DNA of 64,000 nucleotides from contig NC_000964.3 in assembly GCF_000009045.1 (NCBI RefSeq), positions 3,286,001 through 3,350,000 of the forward strand, given 5' to 3'. The position numbers and the translations under genes were made by a program. The DNA is from Bacillus subtilis subsp. subtilis str. 168 (GTDB lineage Bacteria > Bacillota > Bacilli > Bacillales > Bacillaceae). Position 1 is the first letter of the stretch. The number at the start of each line of letters is the position of its first letter. Below, piece by piece: positions 54,938 to 64,000 of this stretch. Below the pieces are notes generated by a model. The model saw only the letters and a list, made by a program, of their open reading frames with translations, did no database searches and was not told the origin of the DNA.

Positions 54938-55134
54938 TGCCGCATCCTCCTCTCGAAAATTGCCGTGAGAAACAACTAGTTCAGCGTGATTTTATAGGTA
55001 ACTTGTATAAAGAATAGACGATGGAAGAAAAAATGACTCATGATTTGTCAGAAAATGAAACACATAGAAAGAGGATTTGTAAAAAGAGTCAAACGAAGAA
55101 AATCAGATTGGAGAAAACACGAAATCATATCGTT

Positions 55135-55163
55135 AAAAAGCTTGCGGAGTTCCGCAAGCTTTT
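55135..55163 (-). terminator. Terminator of pucFG
   Basis: AAAAGCTTGCGGA/TCCGCAAGCTTTT hairpin. Confidence 0.8.
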
Positions 55164-55165
55164 CT

Positions 55166-56416
55166 TTACACCGCTGCCTGGCGGCCAGCGTTTTCATACA
55201 CATCCAGCGCTGCTTGGAGCGCTTTTCCTGCTTCGATTCCTGCGTTATGTCTGAGAAGCACAGCCTCTAACCCGGCAAGCACGAATAGCACGTTTTCTTT
55301 TCTGCAGCTGTACCCCATCGTGCCGATCCTCCAGATCTTCCCTGCAAGCGGGCCGAATGAGCTGGCGATTTCAATGCCGAATTGTGCCAGCAGCATGTCA
55401 CGGACAGACTCGCCGTCAATGCCGCCGGGAATTTCGACACAGGTGACAACAGGCATTTTGCAGCTGTCATCTCCAAACAATCTTAGCCCCATTGCCTTTA
55501 TCCCTGCTGCTAATGCGGCTTCATGGTGCCGATGCCGCTCGAAACGCGTCTCAAGACCTTCTTCAAGCACCAGTCTGACTCCCTCACGTAAGGCGTACAG
55601 CATCGTCGTCGCTTCTGTATGATGATTGAGCCGTCTTTCGCTCCAATAATCCTCAAGCTGGCTCAAATCAAAGTAGTTGCTTGTAATTGGCCGATTTCCC
55701 GAAAGTGCTGCCCTGTCAGCTTGTGTCGCAATCCCGCGTTCCACCTTTTTGCGAGCTGCAATCACGTCCGCCACCCGCTCATTATATGTAATCGGCGCCA
55801 TTCCTGAAGGCACAGACAAACATTTTTGCGTTCCGCCGATGGCAGCGTCAATCTTCCATTCATCGACTTTAACCTCGCAGCCCCCAATCGTTGCGACTGC
55901 ATCGACGATAAACAATGCATCCTCGGTGCGGCAGGCTTCGCCGATGGCTTTCAGCGGGTGAATCCGTCCTGTCGATGTTTCTCCATGCACCATGGCCACA
56001 ATTTTCGGCTTCACTTTTTTTATCTCCCGTATGATGTCCTCCGGGTCAAAAACCGTTCCCCATTCGCACTCCAGCATATGAACATTTGCCCCATATCGCT
56101 CGGCGATTTCAGTCAGCAAATAACCGAAACGGCCGTAAATGGGAATGAGCACATCATCTTCCGGCTCTATCACACTAGCCAGCACTGCTTCAATTCCCGC
56201 CCGTGAAGTGCCGTCAATCGGGTATGCCCAGCGGTTTTTTGTTTGGAACAGCTCCCGAAGCATCTCCATCGTTTCATTCATAATACCTGTAAACGCCGGA
56301 TCAAATTGGCCGACAACCGGGGTGCTCATTACTCTTAATACACGCGGATCAACCTCAACAGGCCCCGGTGTCATAATCGTTCTTAACGGGGTGCATAATT
56401 CTCTTCTGCCTGACAC
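55166..56416 (-). CDS. pucG: (S)-ureidoglycine-glyoxylate aminotransferase, class V PLP (416 aa, GTG start)
   Basis: TPGP, VHGETSTG, DAVAT, GTQKCL (PLP Lys). Confidence 0.94.
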   Translation of the reverse strand: MSGRRELCTPLRTIMTPGPVEVDPRVLRVMSTPVVGQFDPAFTGIMNETMEMLRELFQTKNRWAYPIDGTSRAGIEAVLASVIEPEDDVLIPIYGRFGYLLTEIAERYGANVHMLECEWGTVFDPEDIIREIKKVKPKIVAMVHGETSTGRIHPLKAIGEACRTEDALFIVDAVATIGGCEVKVDEWKIDAAIGGTQKCLSVPSGMAPITYNERVADVIAARKKVERGIATQADRAALSGNRPITSNYFDLSQLEDYWSERRLNHHTEATTMLYALREGVRLVLEEGLETRFERHRHHEAALAAGIKAMGLRLFGDDSCKMPVVTCVEIPGGIDGESVRDMLLAQFGIEIASSFGPLAGKIWRIGTMGYSCRKENVLFVLAGLEAVLLRHNAGIEAGKALQAALDVYENAGRQAAV

Positions 56417-56432
56417 AGCCATTCCTCCTTTA

Positions 56433-57671
56433 TCAGTAAGCCAGTTTGTATAATAAATCAGTCAGTGCGCGGACGCCGATCTCAAGCTGTCTGGCTGACG
56501 TATATTCCTTCGGTGAGTGGCTGACGCCGCCTCGGCTCGGCACAAACAGCATACAAGCAGGATAGCGCCTTCCGATCATTTGCGCGTCATGCCCTGCTCC
56601 GCTCACCATTTCCTCACAGCTGAAGCCGTTTTCTAATGCTGTTTCAAAAGCCGCAGCCTTCAGCCTTTCGTCCATCGGCACAGGCTCTATCCGCATATAT
56701 TCATCAATCACAGCGCGAATTCCTTTTTGTAGGCAAATGCCGTTGATCAAAGCAACCATGTCTTGATGAAACTGTTCCAGCACATGCTGATGCTGATGGC
56801 GAATATCGATTGAAAACTGGACGCGGCCCGGTATGACATTGGCTACATTGGGCTCTGCCGTTATTTTTCCGCATGTCAGACGGAGCTCATCCGGCAGCTC
56901 ATCCGACCGCAGCAGCAGCTCATGAATGATACGGCTGCTGGCTGCGAGCGGGTCCTTGCGCCATTTCATGGAGGTGGTTCCTGCGTGATTGCATTCTCCT
57001 TCGAGCGTGACGAGATATCGTCTCTGCCCCGCAATACTTGTCACGATGCCGAGATCCCGGCCTGACATTTCCAACGTCTTCCCCTGTTCAATATGCAGCT
57101 CAACAAACGCGCTGATATCTGTCCTATATGCTGACTGAAACACACCTTTGCCAAAACCGCTCTCATGCATCGCTGTTTGGAGGGAGACTCCCGACTCGTC
57201 TCTTGGCTCTTTTGCATCTTGTTCTGAAAAAACACCCGTCATATTCCCCGACCCCCAATAGGTCATTGGAAAACGGCTGCCTTCCTCCTCACATAAGGAG
57301 ACCGCCTCGAGCGTTTTTTTTGGCGCTCCGTATGTTTCCTTGAGCTGCTTTAACGCGAGCATTGCCGCCAGAACGCCATAGGCGCCGTCGTATTTTCCTC
57401 CATTGATGACAGTATCGATATGTGAACCGGTTACAATGACTTCATCCGGAGACTGGGTGCCCGAAAGCCTTCCAAACACATTGCCGACATCGTCGAATCT
57501 TGTTTCAAGCCCGAAAGAAGACATTTCCGTTTTCACAGCAAGCTGTGCGTCCATCCACTCTTTTGTGTATAAAAGCCTCGTTACGCCGCCATCCGCAGAC
57601 GCACCGTATTGGGCGAGCCATTCAATATAATCTGTGATGCTGTTTTTTACTGAAAGCTTCTGCTTTTCCAT
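56433..57671 (-). CDS. pucF: Allantoate amidohydrolase (M20 family)
   Basis: GSHIDT, GKYDG, EEEG, ELHIEQG, NHAGT, SGAGHDA. Confidence 0.94.
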   Translation of the reverse strand: MEKQKLSVKNSITDYIEWLAQYGASADGGVTRLLYTKEWMDAQLAVKTEMSSFGLETRFDDVGNVFGRLSGTQSPDEVIVTGSHIDTVINGGKYDGAYGVLAAMLALKQLKETYGAPKKTLEAVSLCEEEGSRFPMTYWGSGNMTGVFSEQDAKEPRDESGVSLQTAMHESGFGKGVFQSAYRTDISAFVELHIEQGKTLEMSGRDLGIVTSIAGQRRYLVTLEGECNHAGTTSMKWRKDPLAASSRIIHELLLRSDELPDELRLTCGKITAEPNVANVIPGRVQFSIDIRHQHQHVLEQFHQDMVALINGICLQKGIRAVIDEYMRIEPVPMDERLKAAAFETALENGFSCEEMVSGAGHDAQMIGRRYPACMLFVPSRGGVSHSPKEYTSARQLEIGVRALTDLLYKLAY

Positions 57672-57739
57672 GTACTCCCCCCTCTGGCCGCTATGGTGAC
57701 TTCATTATAGAAGGAGCAACATGATAGTTCATTGACAGA

Positions 57740-57752
57740 TTAACCAAAAAAA
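57740..57752 (-). promoter_or_regulatory. PucR box upstream of pucF
   Basis: Minus strand TTTTTTTGGTTAA, one mismatch to WWWCNTTGGTTAA. Confidence 0.65.
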
Positions 57753-58112
57753 CGTTTATTTTTTAGCCACAGTATCCATCCAGCAACCAGATACACCCTA
57801 CATGTCACAACTATTTTGATGTAAAGGTCAAAAGAAAACACGGTAAGGAAGAGAGCCAGCAAGAGCGAAAGAGAGGGTCAAAATGCCTTTCATATGAACA
57901 AGCTAAGCTGGAGAGGCGATGTTCGCGGAACGGATGAAAACAGAAATGCCGGCAGCCCGCAAAAACAGGACCTAAAGATATGGAAACAGGAGATTTCCGC
58001 CTCCTCCAAAGGGACTAATTTACAATTTTAATGAAAAATATACAAAATGACACTTCTATCCTTTATTTCAATTTTAGATAATAGATATGATCTGATAAAA
58101 GGAGGGCAAGTG

Positions 58113-58979
58113 ATGACAAAAAAAGCATGGTTTCTGCCGCTCGTCTGTGTATTACTGATTTCCGGATGGCTTGCGCCAGCAGCTTCAGCAAGCGCGCAAA
58201 CCACATTAAGCCTTAATGACCGATTGGCGTCTTCCCCTTCAGGAACGGGAAGCCTTCTCTCATTAGCCGCCCCCGCTGCACCCTATGCTGACACAGATAC
58301 CTATTATGAAGGGGCTGAAGGTAAAACAGGAGACTCGCTAAAAAGCACCCTGCACCGTATTATCAGCGGACACACGATGCTGTCCTACAGCGAAGTGTGG
58401 AACGCGCTGAAAGAAACGGATGAAGACCCAAGAAATCCGAATAACGTCATCCTGCTCTATACGAATGAATCGCGTTCCAAAAACCTGAACGGCGGCAATG
58501 TCGGCGATTGGAACCGCGAGCATGTCTGGGCGAAATCCCATGGCGATTTTGGTACGAGCAAGGGACCTGGTACTGATATTCATCATTTGCGCCCGGCTGA
58601 TGTTCAAGTTAACAGCGCCAGAGGAAATATGGATTTTGACAATGGCGGCACTGAATATGCGAAGGCACCCGGAAATTATTATGACGGCGATTCATGGGAG
58701 CCCCGCGATGATGTGAAAGGCGATGTTGCCCGCATGCTGTTTTACATGGCTGTCCGTTACGAGGGTGATGACGGCTATCCTGATCTTGAGCTTAATGATA
58801 AGACAGGCAACGGCTCAGCTCCTTATCATGGCAAACAATCTGTCCTGCTCGAATGGAATAAGCAGGATCCGGTTGACGACCGCGAGCGGAAAAGAAATGA
58901 AATCATTTATGAAAAATATCAGCACAACCGCAATCCATTTATCGACCACCCTGAATGGGCGGATGAGATTTGGCCGTAA
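58113..58979 (+). CDS. bsn: Secreted ribonuclease Bsn (endonuclease I / Vvn family, 288 aa)
   Basis: AAAGGAGG RBS, signal peptide, WNREHVW, DIHHLRP, VNSARGN, GDVAR...Y, HNRNPFID. Confidence 0.94.
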   Translation: MTKKAWFLPLVCVLLISGWLAPAASASAQTTLSLNDRLASSPSGTGSLLSLAAPAAPYADTDTYYEGAEGKTGDSLKSTLHRIISGHTMLSYSEVWNALKETDEDPRNPNNVILLYTNESRSKNLNGGNVGDWNREHVWAKSHGDFGTSKGPGTDIHHLRPADVQVNSARGNMDFDNGGTEYAKAPGNYYDGDSWEPRDDVKGDVARMLFYMAVRYEGDDGYPDLELNDKTGNGSAPYHGKQSVLLEWNKQDPVDDRERKRNEIIYEKYQHNRNPFIDHPEWADEIWP

Positions 58980-59013
58980 GAAAAAGGTGCTCCTTTTGAG
59001 GAGCACCTTTTTC
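58979..59013. terminator. Bidirectional terminator bsn/frlP
   Basis: AGAAAAAGGTGCTCCT/AGGAGCACCTTTTTCT 16-bp stem. Confidence 0.85.
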
Positions 59014-60116
59014 TAATACACAGCCTCTTCCGTTTCCGCATCGAAAAAGACGACGTGGTCCATTTTCACTGAGAGCTGGATTGAATCGCCTGCATCGATT
59101 CGCGTGTTTCCGTCCAGGCGGACCTTGAGCCGCTCGTCCCCAGCCATGACATGCACTATGAGCTCCGAGCCCAGATTTTCATTCACTTCCACGTTCGCTT
59201 GAAACACTGAATCAAACAACTGGTCATTTCCTGTCATTTGTGTGATGTGCTCCGGCCGTACACCGGCAATCATCTGTTCTCCGGCATATCCCTTTTCCTT
59301 CAGCCGCTTTGCTTTTTCTTCAGGAATATGAAGCCGGATCGAAGAATTTGTGAAAAACAGCTCGCCATGCTGCTGTTCTATGATGCCTTTCAAAAAGTTC
59401 ATTCCGGGAGAGCCAATGAAGCCTGCGACAAACAAATTGGCCGGGTAATGATAAATGTCATGAGGTTTCGCCACTTGCTGAATTTCCCCTTCATTCATGA
59501 CGACAATCCGATCTCCCATTGTCATTGCTTCGGTCTGGTCATGCGTGACATAAATGATCGTTGCCTCTAATCGCTGGTGCAGCTTGCTGATTTCTGTCCG
59601 CATCGTCACTCTTAGTTTTGCATCCAGATTAGAAAGCGGCTCGTCCATTAAAAAGACCTTCGGCTCCCTCACAATCGACCTGCCAAGCGCCACCCTTTGC
59701 CGCTGCCCGCCGGAGAGCGCCTTCGGTTTTCTCTTCAGCAAATGTTCAATTTCTAAAATTCTGGCTGCCGCATGAACCCGCTCGGCAATTTCCTGTTTCG
59801 CCATCTTTCTGAGCTTTAATCCAAACGCCATATTATCAAAAACCGTCATATGCGGATAAAGCGCATAGTTCTGGAATACCATCGCAATATCACGTTCTTT
59901 CGGCGGAAGATCATTGACCCGCTCCCCATCAATAAGAAGATTTCCTTCAGAAATGCTTTCTAATCCAGCCACCATCCGCAGCGTTGTTGATTTTCCGCAT
60001 CCTGACGGCCCCACCAGCACCAAAAGCTCCTTATCCTTTACATCTAAATCAAAGTCCTTCACGGTTAATTGTGAGTGATATGATTTTTTGACGTGTTCAA
60101 ATGTTAATGAAGCCAT
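59013..60116 (-). CDS. frlP: Sugar ABC transporter ATPase (MalK/MsmX-like; yurJ)
   Basis: [27 protein letters not shown]-terminal TOBE domain. Confidence 0.9.
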   Translation of the reverse strand: MASLTFEHVKKSYHSQLTVKDFDLDVKDKELLVLVGPSGCGKSTTLRMVAGLESISEGNLLIDGERVNDLPPKERDIAMVFQNYALYPHMTVFDNMAFGLKLRKMAKQEIAERVHAAARILEIEHLLKRKPKALSGGQRQRVALGRSIVREPKVFLMDEPLSNLDAKLRVTMRTEISKLHQRLEATIIYVTHDQTEAMTMGDRIVVMNEGEIQQVAKPHDIYHYPANLFVAGFIGSPGMNFLKGIIEQQHGELFFTNSSIRLHIPEEKAKRLKEKGYAGEQMIAGVRPEHITQMTGNDQLFDSVFQANVEVNENLGSELIVHVMAGDERLKVRLDGNTRIDAGDSIQLSVKMDHVVFFDAETEEAVY

Positions 60117-60297
60117 CAGAAAAGTCCCCCTATCTTTTGACCCGTTATTTCGTCACTGGAAACAACTTGGTCTTTCTGTTATTTTTAGAGTAATCGATTC
60201 CCATTTTTGCTATATTTCTAAAATAAAAAATGTAAATTTGTATTATAACGTCATAATACATTATAATATAAATAATAGGTTAAAAGGAGGCTACCCT

Positions 60298-61026
60298 TTG
60301 TTAAACAACGGAAGTTCTACACCTTTATACATTCAGCTAAAACAAATCATCACTGATGACATCAAAAAGGGCGTGTATTCCCCAACCGCCAAGCTGCCTA
60401 CCGAAAACGAGCTTTGCACCAAGTATAACGTCAGCCGCATCACCGTCAGGAAAGCCATTCTCGATTTAGTCGAAGAAGGCTATCTGATCAGGCAGCAGGG
60501 AAAGGGAACGTTCGTTAAAAGCCCTAAATTAAAACGAGAGCTGATCGCTGTAAACGGCTACTCGGAATTTATGGAATCAACCGGCAAAAAACCGAAGCAT
60601 CATGTGCTGTCCCATGACATCATTCCAGCGTCAAAACCCATCGCCGAAAAGCTTCAAATCCAACCCGAGAGCCCTGTGGTTGAATTAAAACGGATTTTAT
60701 ATAATGATGATCAGCCTCTCACCTTTGAAGTGACGCATTATCCGCTTGATTTGTTTCCCGGCATTGATACCTTTATTGCTGACGGCGTCTCCATGCATGA
60801 TATTTTGAAACAGCAATACAAAGTTGTACCCACGCACAATACGAAGCTATTAAACGTTGTATATGCCCAACAGGAGGAAAGCAAATACCTGGATTGTGAT
60901 ATCGGGGATGCGCTGTTTGAAATTGATAAAACGGCTTTTACATCAAACGACCAGCCAATCTATTGCTCATTGTTTTTGATGCACACAAACCGTGTCACTT
61001 TTACCATCAACAGCCCCTACACATAA
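60298..61026 (+). CDS. frlR: GntR/HutC-family repressor (242 aa, TTG start; yurK)
   Basis: AAAAGGAGG RBS; LPTENEL...VSRITVRKA HTH and UTRA domain. Confidence 0.92.
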   Translation: MLNNGSSTPLYIQLKQIITDDIKKGVYSPTAKLPTENELCTKYNVSRITVRKAILDLVEEGYLIRQQGKGTFVKSPKLKRELIAVNGYSEFMESTGKKPKHHVLSHDIIPASKPIAEKLQIQPESPVVELKRILYNDDQPLTFEVTHYPLDLFPGIDTFIADGVSMHDILKQQYKVVPTHNTKLLNVVYAQQEESKYLDCDIGDALFEIDKTAFTSNDQPIYCSLFLMHTNRVTFTINSPYT

Positions 61027-61033
61027 CAGGCAT

Positions 61034-61070
61034 AAAAAACGAGACACTGCTTATAGTATTCTCGTTTTTT
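61034..61070. terminator. Bidirectional terminator frlR/frlD
   Basis: AAAAAACGAGA/TCTCGTTTTTT hairpin. Confidence 0.65.
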
Positions 61071-61905
61071 CACTGCTTCCCCCGTCCTCCAAGCGATAAG
61101 GATAGCCATAGCCGAAAGCTCCGTACACACCGCAAGTTTTCGCAGCCGTTTCAGCAGCCTGGCGCAAAGCATACGTTATATCCTGCTTCACGCAAAAGGC
61201 AGTCAAAAAGCCTGCTATAAAAGAATCTCCCGCTCCAAGTGTATCTATTATATCAGCTTCCACAATCGGCTGATGATAGACTCGATCACCCGCAGACAGG
61301 ATTGCTCCTTGGCCCCCTCGGGTCATACAAACCATTTTGGCTCCGTACCCATGAGCTGTTTTGGCAAGCTCACCGCATTCCGACTCACTCAAATCGCTTC
61401 CTGAAAAAAACGCATACGTCACATAAGGACAGACCCTCCTCAAATAATCATCCTCCCGATTGGTTGAAAAATCAAATGAGACCGGGACCAGCCCGCACAG
61501 CTGCGGAAGATCGTTCTCAAGCCTGCTGTACACGCTCGTATGCAGCAGATCATGCCCGCTGATAAAAGATACATCTTTCTCCTGAAACGCGAGGCGAAGC
61601 CGGGACTGAATGCCGCCTTTATTTGATCTGACAAAAATGCGGTCCCCCTGTTCATCAAGGGTGACAATCGCCATCCCGTTTTCTCCGTGCGCCTGGCGGA
61701 TATAATCTGCATTGACCTGCTCCAGCTTGAGAACGTTCAACAGATGCGCCGCGGCTTCGTCATTGCCGACGATTCCGATATAGGAAGACTCATGCCCGAG
61801 CCGCTTGGCAAGCACAGCAACGTTTAAGGCATTTCCTCCCGGGTAAAATGTTTCTTGATCCTGGTAGTAATCTACAACATTATCTCCAACCGCAATCAAT
61901 TTCAT
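61051..61905 (-). CDS. frlD: Fructosamine/fructoselysine 6-kinase (PfkB family)
   Basis: GGNALNVA and DTLGAGDSF. Confidence 0.92.
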   Translation of the reverse strand: MKLIAVGDNVVDYYQDQETFYPGGNALNVAVLAKRLGHESSYIGIVGNDEAAAHLLNVLKLEQVNADYIRQAHGENGMAIVTLDEQGDRIFVRSNKGGIQSRLRLAFQEKDVSFISGHDLLHTSVYSRLENDLPQLCGLVPVSFDFSTNREDDYLRRVCPYVTYAFFSGSDLSESECGELAKTAHGYGAKMVCMTRGGQGAILSAGDRVYHQPIVEADIIDTLGAGDSFIAGFLTAFCVKQDITYALRQAAETAAKTCGVYGAFGYGYPYRLEDGGSSEKTRIL

Positions 61906-61918
61906 AGCGCTTCCTCCT

Positions 61919-62821
61919 TTATCCTTTTACACTGCCGCTTGCAATCCCGCGGACAAAATATTTCTGCATCAATAAAAATAGAATAATAATCGGCGCGGCT
62001 GAAATCGTTAACCCCGCCAGCAGGACGCCCCAGTCTGTCTGCAGCGCGTCTCTGAACTGCATCAGCCCGGCTGGAATGGTCCGTAAATTCTCATCATCTA
62101 TGAAAATAATCGCAAACATAAACTCATTCCATGTATGGTAAGCCGTCAAAATGCCGGATGTCACCAAAATCGGCACGCTCATTGGTAAGAAAATTCTGAA
62201 AAATACTCCAAAACTTGTACACCCATCCAAATAGGCCGCCTCCTCCAATTCTTTTGAAATAGAAAGAAAATAAGAGCGGATCAAAATGATGGTGAATGGG
62301 ATCCGATAAGCCGCATACGGCAAGATTAACGCCCAATACGTATTGTACAGGCCCAGCGACTGAATAATAGAATAAAGCGGCACAAGACTGACCTGCGGCG
62401 TCAGCATCAATCCGCCAAGACATAGCACCAAAAAGAATCCTTTTCCTTTAAACTCAAACCGGGAAAGGCCATACGCTGCCCATGCACTGATAAAGACAGT
62501 GATCACACACGTCAGCGCCGTAACGATGACACTGTTCATAAAATAAGAAGAAATCCCCTGATTCCAGGCGGAAACAAAATTTTCCGGATGCCACGAAGAC
62601 GGCAGCGACCAGCTGTGCTCAAAAATATCGTCAGAGTTTTTAAAGGCGCTCATCACCATCCAGAGAAGCGGATAGGCAATCGCAATCAGATAAAGAAACA
62701 GAAAAACCCACACAGACGTTTCTCCGATATACCATTTTCGTCTAGGCTTATCTTTCACCTCAATGTGCTGGTCAGGCACCGGCTCCAATCTGAACGAATC
62801 TGTCTTCTTCTGAGGCAGCAT
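61919..62821 (-). CDS. frlM: Sugar-amine ABC permease (MalG-like)
   Basis: EAA loop ELEEAAYLDGC. Confidence 0.9.
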   Translation of the reverse strand: MLPQKKTDSFRLEPVPDQHIEVKDKPRRKWYIGETSVWVFLFLYLIAIAYPLLWMVMSAFKNSDDIFEHSWSLPSSWHPENFVSAWNQGISSYFMNSVIVTALTCVITVFISAWAAYGLSRFEFKGKGFFLVLCLGGLMLTPQVSLVPLYSIIQSLGLYNTYWALILPYAAYRIPFTIILIRSYFLSISKELEEAAYLDGCTSFGVFFRIFLPMSVPILVTSGILTAYHTWNEFMFAIIFIDDENLRTIPAGLMQFRDALQTDWGVLLAGLTISAAPIIILFLLMQKYFVRGIASGSVKG

Positions 62822-62824
62822 CAG

Positions 62825-63703
62825 TTACTCCTCCTTTCCGGTTTTAAAGAACTTCATTTGCATGAGCGATAATGCAAGCGTAATGATTAACACGACAGTG
62901 GCAATCGCTGAGGCGTAGCCCATCATATCCTTTGTAAAGGCGCTTTTATATAAAAACGTGCTCAAGACTTCTGACGCTTTTCCCGGCCCGCCGCCTGTCA
63001 AAATGTACGGCTCATTAAAGACCGTAAAGGCTCCGGTCAGCGTCATGACCACCGCAACAAAAGACATCTCTTTCGTCTGGGGAACAGTAATATGAAAAAA
63101 CTGCTGAATTTTACCCGCGCCGTCAAGCCGGGCCGCTTCATACAGTTCATCCGGTATTTTTTGAATCGACACGATGTACAGCATCGCAATATAACCGACA
63201 GATTGCCACTGGGACACAAAAATGACAGAAAGCATAGCTGTGCTGTCATCCCCGAGCCAGGCCCTCGTCAGCTGATCAAGACCGATGGCCTGAAGCAGCT
63301 GATTCAAAAGCCCTGTCTCCGGATTGTAAATAAAATCAAACAAAAGCGCGATCACCGTCATTGAGATGACAACCGGCAAAAAGAAAACGGTACGAAAAAA
63401 CGGCGACCATTTTCTGACCAGCTTATCCTCAAGCACCGCCGCCAAAATCAAACCGCCAAATACCTGGCATACAATTGAGATCACTGCATAAAGCACATTA
63501 TTGGTAAGTGCCTGATAGAAGACAGGATCATGAAATAATTCAACATAGTTTTTTAAGCCGATAAACGTTTTTTCCGGAGAAAATGAGCTCCACTGAAACA
63601 GGCTGAGGAATACATTCTCAAAAATCGGGATATAAACGAAAAGTAAAAAAACGAGAGCGGGCACCAAAAACAAATAGGGGATTATTTTATTCTGATTGAC
63701 CAA
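62825..63703 (-). CDS. frlN: Sugar-amine ABC permease (MalF-like, 292 aa, TTG start)
   Basis: EAA loop ELYEAARLDGAG; AAGGAG RBS. Confidence 0.9.
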   Translation of the reverse strand: MVNQNKIIPYLFLVPALVFLLFVYIPIFENVFLSLFQWSSFSPEKTFIGLKNYVELFHDPVFYQALTNNVLYAVISIVCQVFGGLILAAVLEDKLVRKWSPFFRTVFFLPVVISMTVIALLFDFIYNPETGLLNQLLQAIGLDQLTRAWLGDDSTAMLSVIFVSQWQSVGYIAMLYIVSIQKIPDELYEAARLDGAGKIQQFFHITVPQTKEMSFVAVVMTLTGAFTVFNEPYILTGGGPGKASEVLSTFLYKSAFTKDMMGYASAIATVVLIITLALSLMQMKFFKTGKEE

Positions 63704-63760
63704 GGGTATCTCATCTCCTTTATAAAAAGAAAAGGTGCGAAGCTTCACCTTTTCTTTGAT

Positions 63761-64000
63761 TTATTCAGCTGACGCCCTCACCTGCTTTGCTGCCTTTTGA
63801 ACGGCTTTCATCACCTGCTGCGGTGTCATGTCGCCGCCAAGCATTTGCTGGACGCCCGTTAGGTACGCATCTGCGACTTCAACATCGACATCCATATCAA
63901 ACCATGGAACCATTGATTTGGCATCAACAATATGCTGAACGGCTTCACGCTGAATGGCTGTTGCATTTTCTTCAGTAGCCGTACCTTGCACTGCACTGTA
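63761..64000 (-). CDS. frlO: ABC solute-binding protein, 3' end only
   Basis: Frame open from the right edge to TAA at 63761; ending [21 protein letters not shown] is typical of sugar SBP C-termini. Confidence 0.82.

Noticed and set aside
55021-55270. Two basic 76-77-aa plus-strand ORFs between pucA and pucG
   Set aside because: No RBS; they cross the pucFG terminator into the antisense of pucG and come from purine-rich promoter DNA.

Overview
The window reads as ordinary Bacillus subtilis core chromosome. Gene order and proteins match what I recall of strain 168 around 3.29-3.35 Mb; this is from memory, not a database check. Left to right it contains: (1) the bacillibactin cluster (5' part of dhbF, dhbBECA, besA) with two Fur boxes; (2) yuiH and bioY flanking a BirA operator; (3) yuiF, pepA and yuiDCBA; (4) a redox/Fe-S neighbourhood (yumB, yumC, sufA, yuzB, yutJ, yuzD, yutI/nfu) interleaved with guaC, paiAB, dapF and yutK; (5) yuxL and hom-thrC-thrB; (6) yutH-yutC, lipA, lytH and yunB-yunG; (7) the purine/ureide catabolism cluster (pucH, pucR, pucJKLM, pucABCDE, pucFG) with TnrA and PucR boxes; (8) bsn RNase and the fructosamine locus (frlP, frlR, frlD, frlM, frlN, 3' end of frlO). 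I found no CRISPR array, rRNA, tRNA, transposase, integrase or prophage gene, and nothing that clearly marks a new system. The best leads are hypotheses about poorly characterised core genes: a BirA-linked cytoplasmic MsrP-like molybdoenzyme (possible biotin-sulfoxide salvage), a cluster of small Cys-motif proteins around NDH-2/FNR/SufA/Nfu, an internal ribosome-binding site in the pucL fusion, a 19-aa uORF and inverted repeat ahead of paiAB, a Cys-His-Asp triad in YunG, and altered catalytic motifs in YutE, YunD and PucD. Several start sites were moved from the ORF track to fit Shine-Dalgarno spacing. Three small genes were added or trimmed by hand (yuiA, yuzG, yuzJ).
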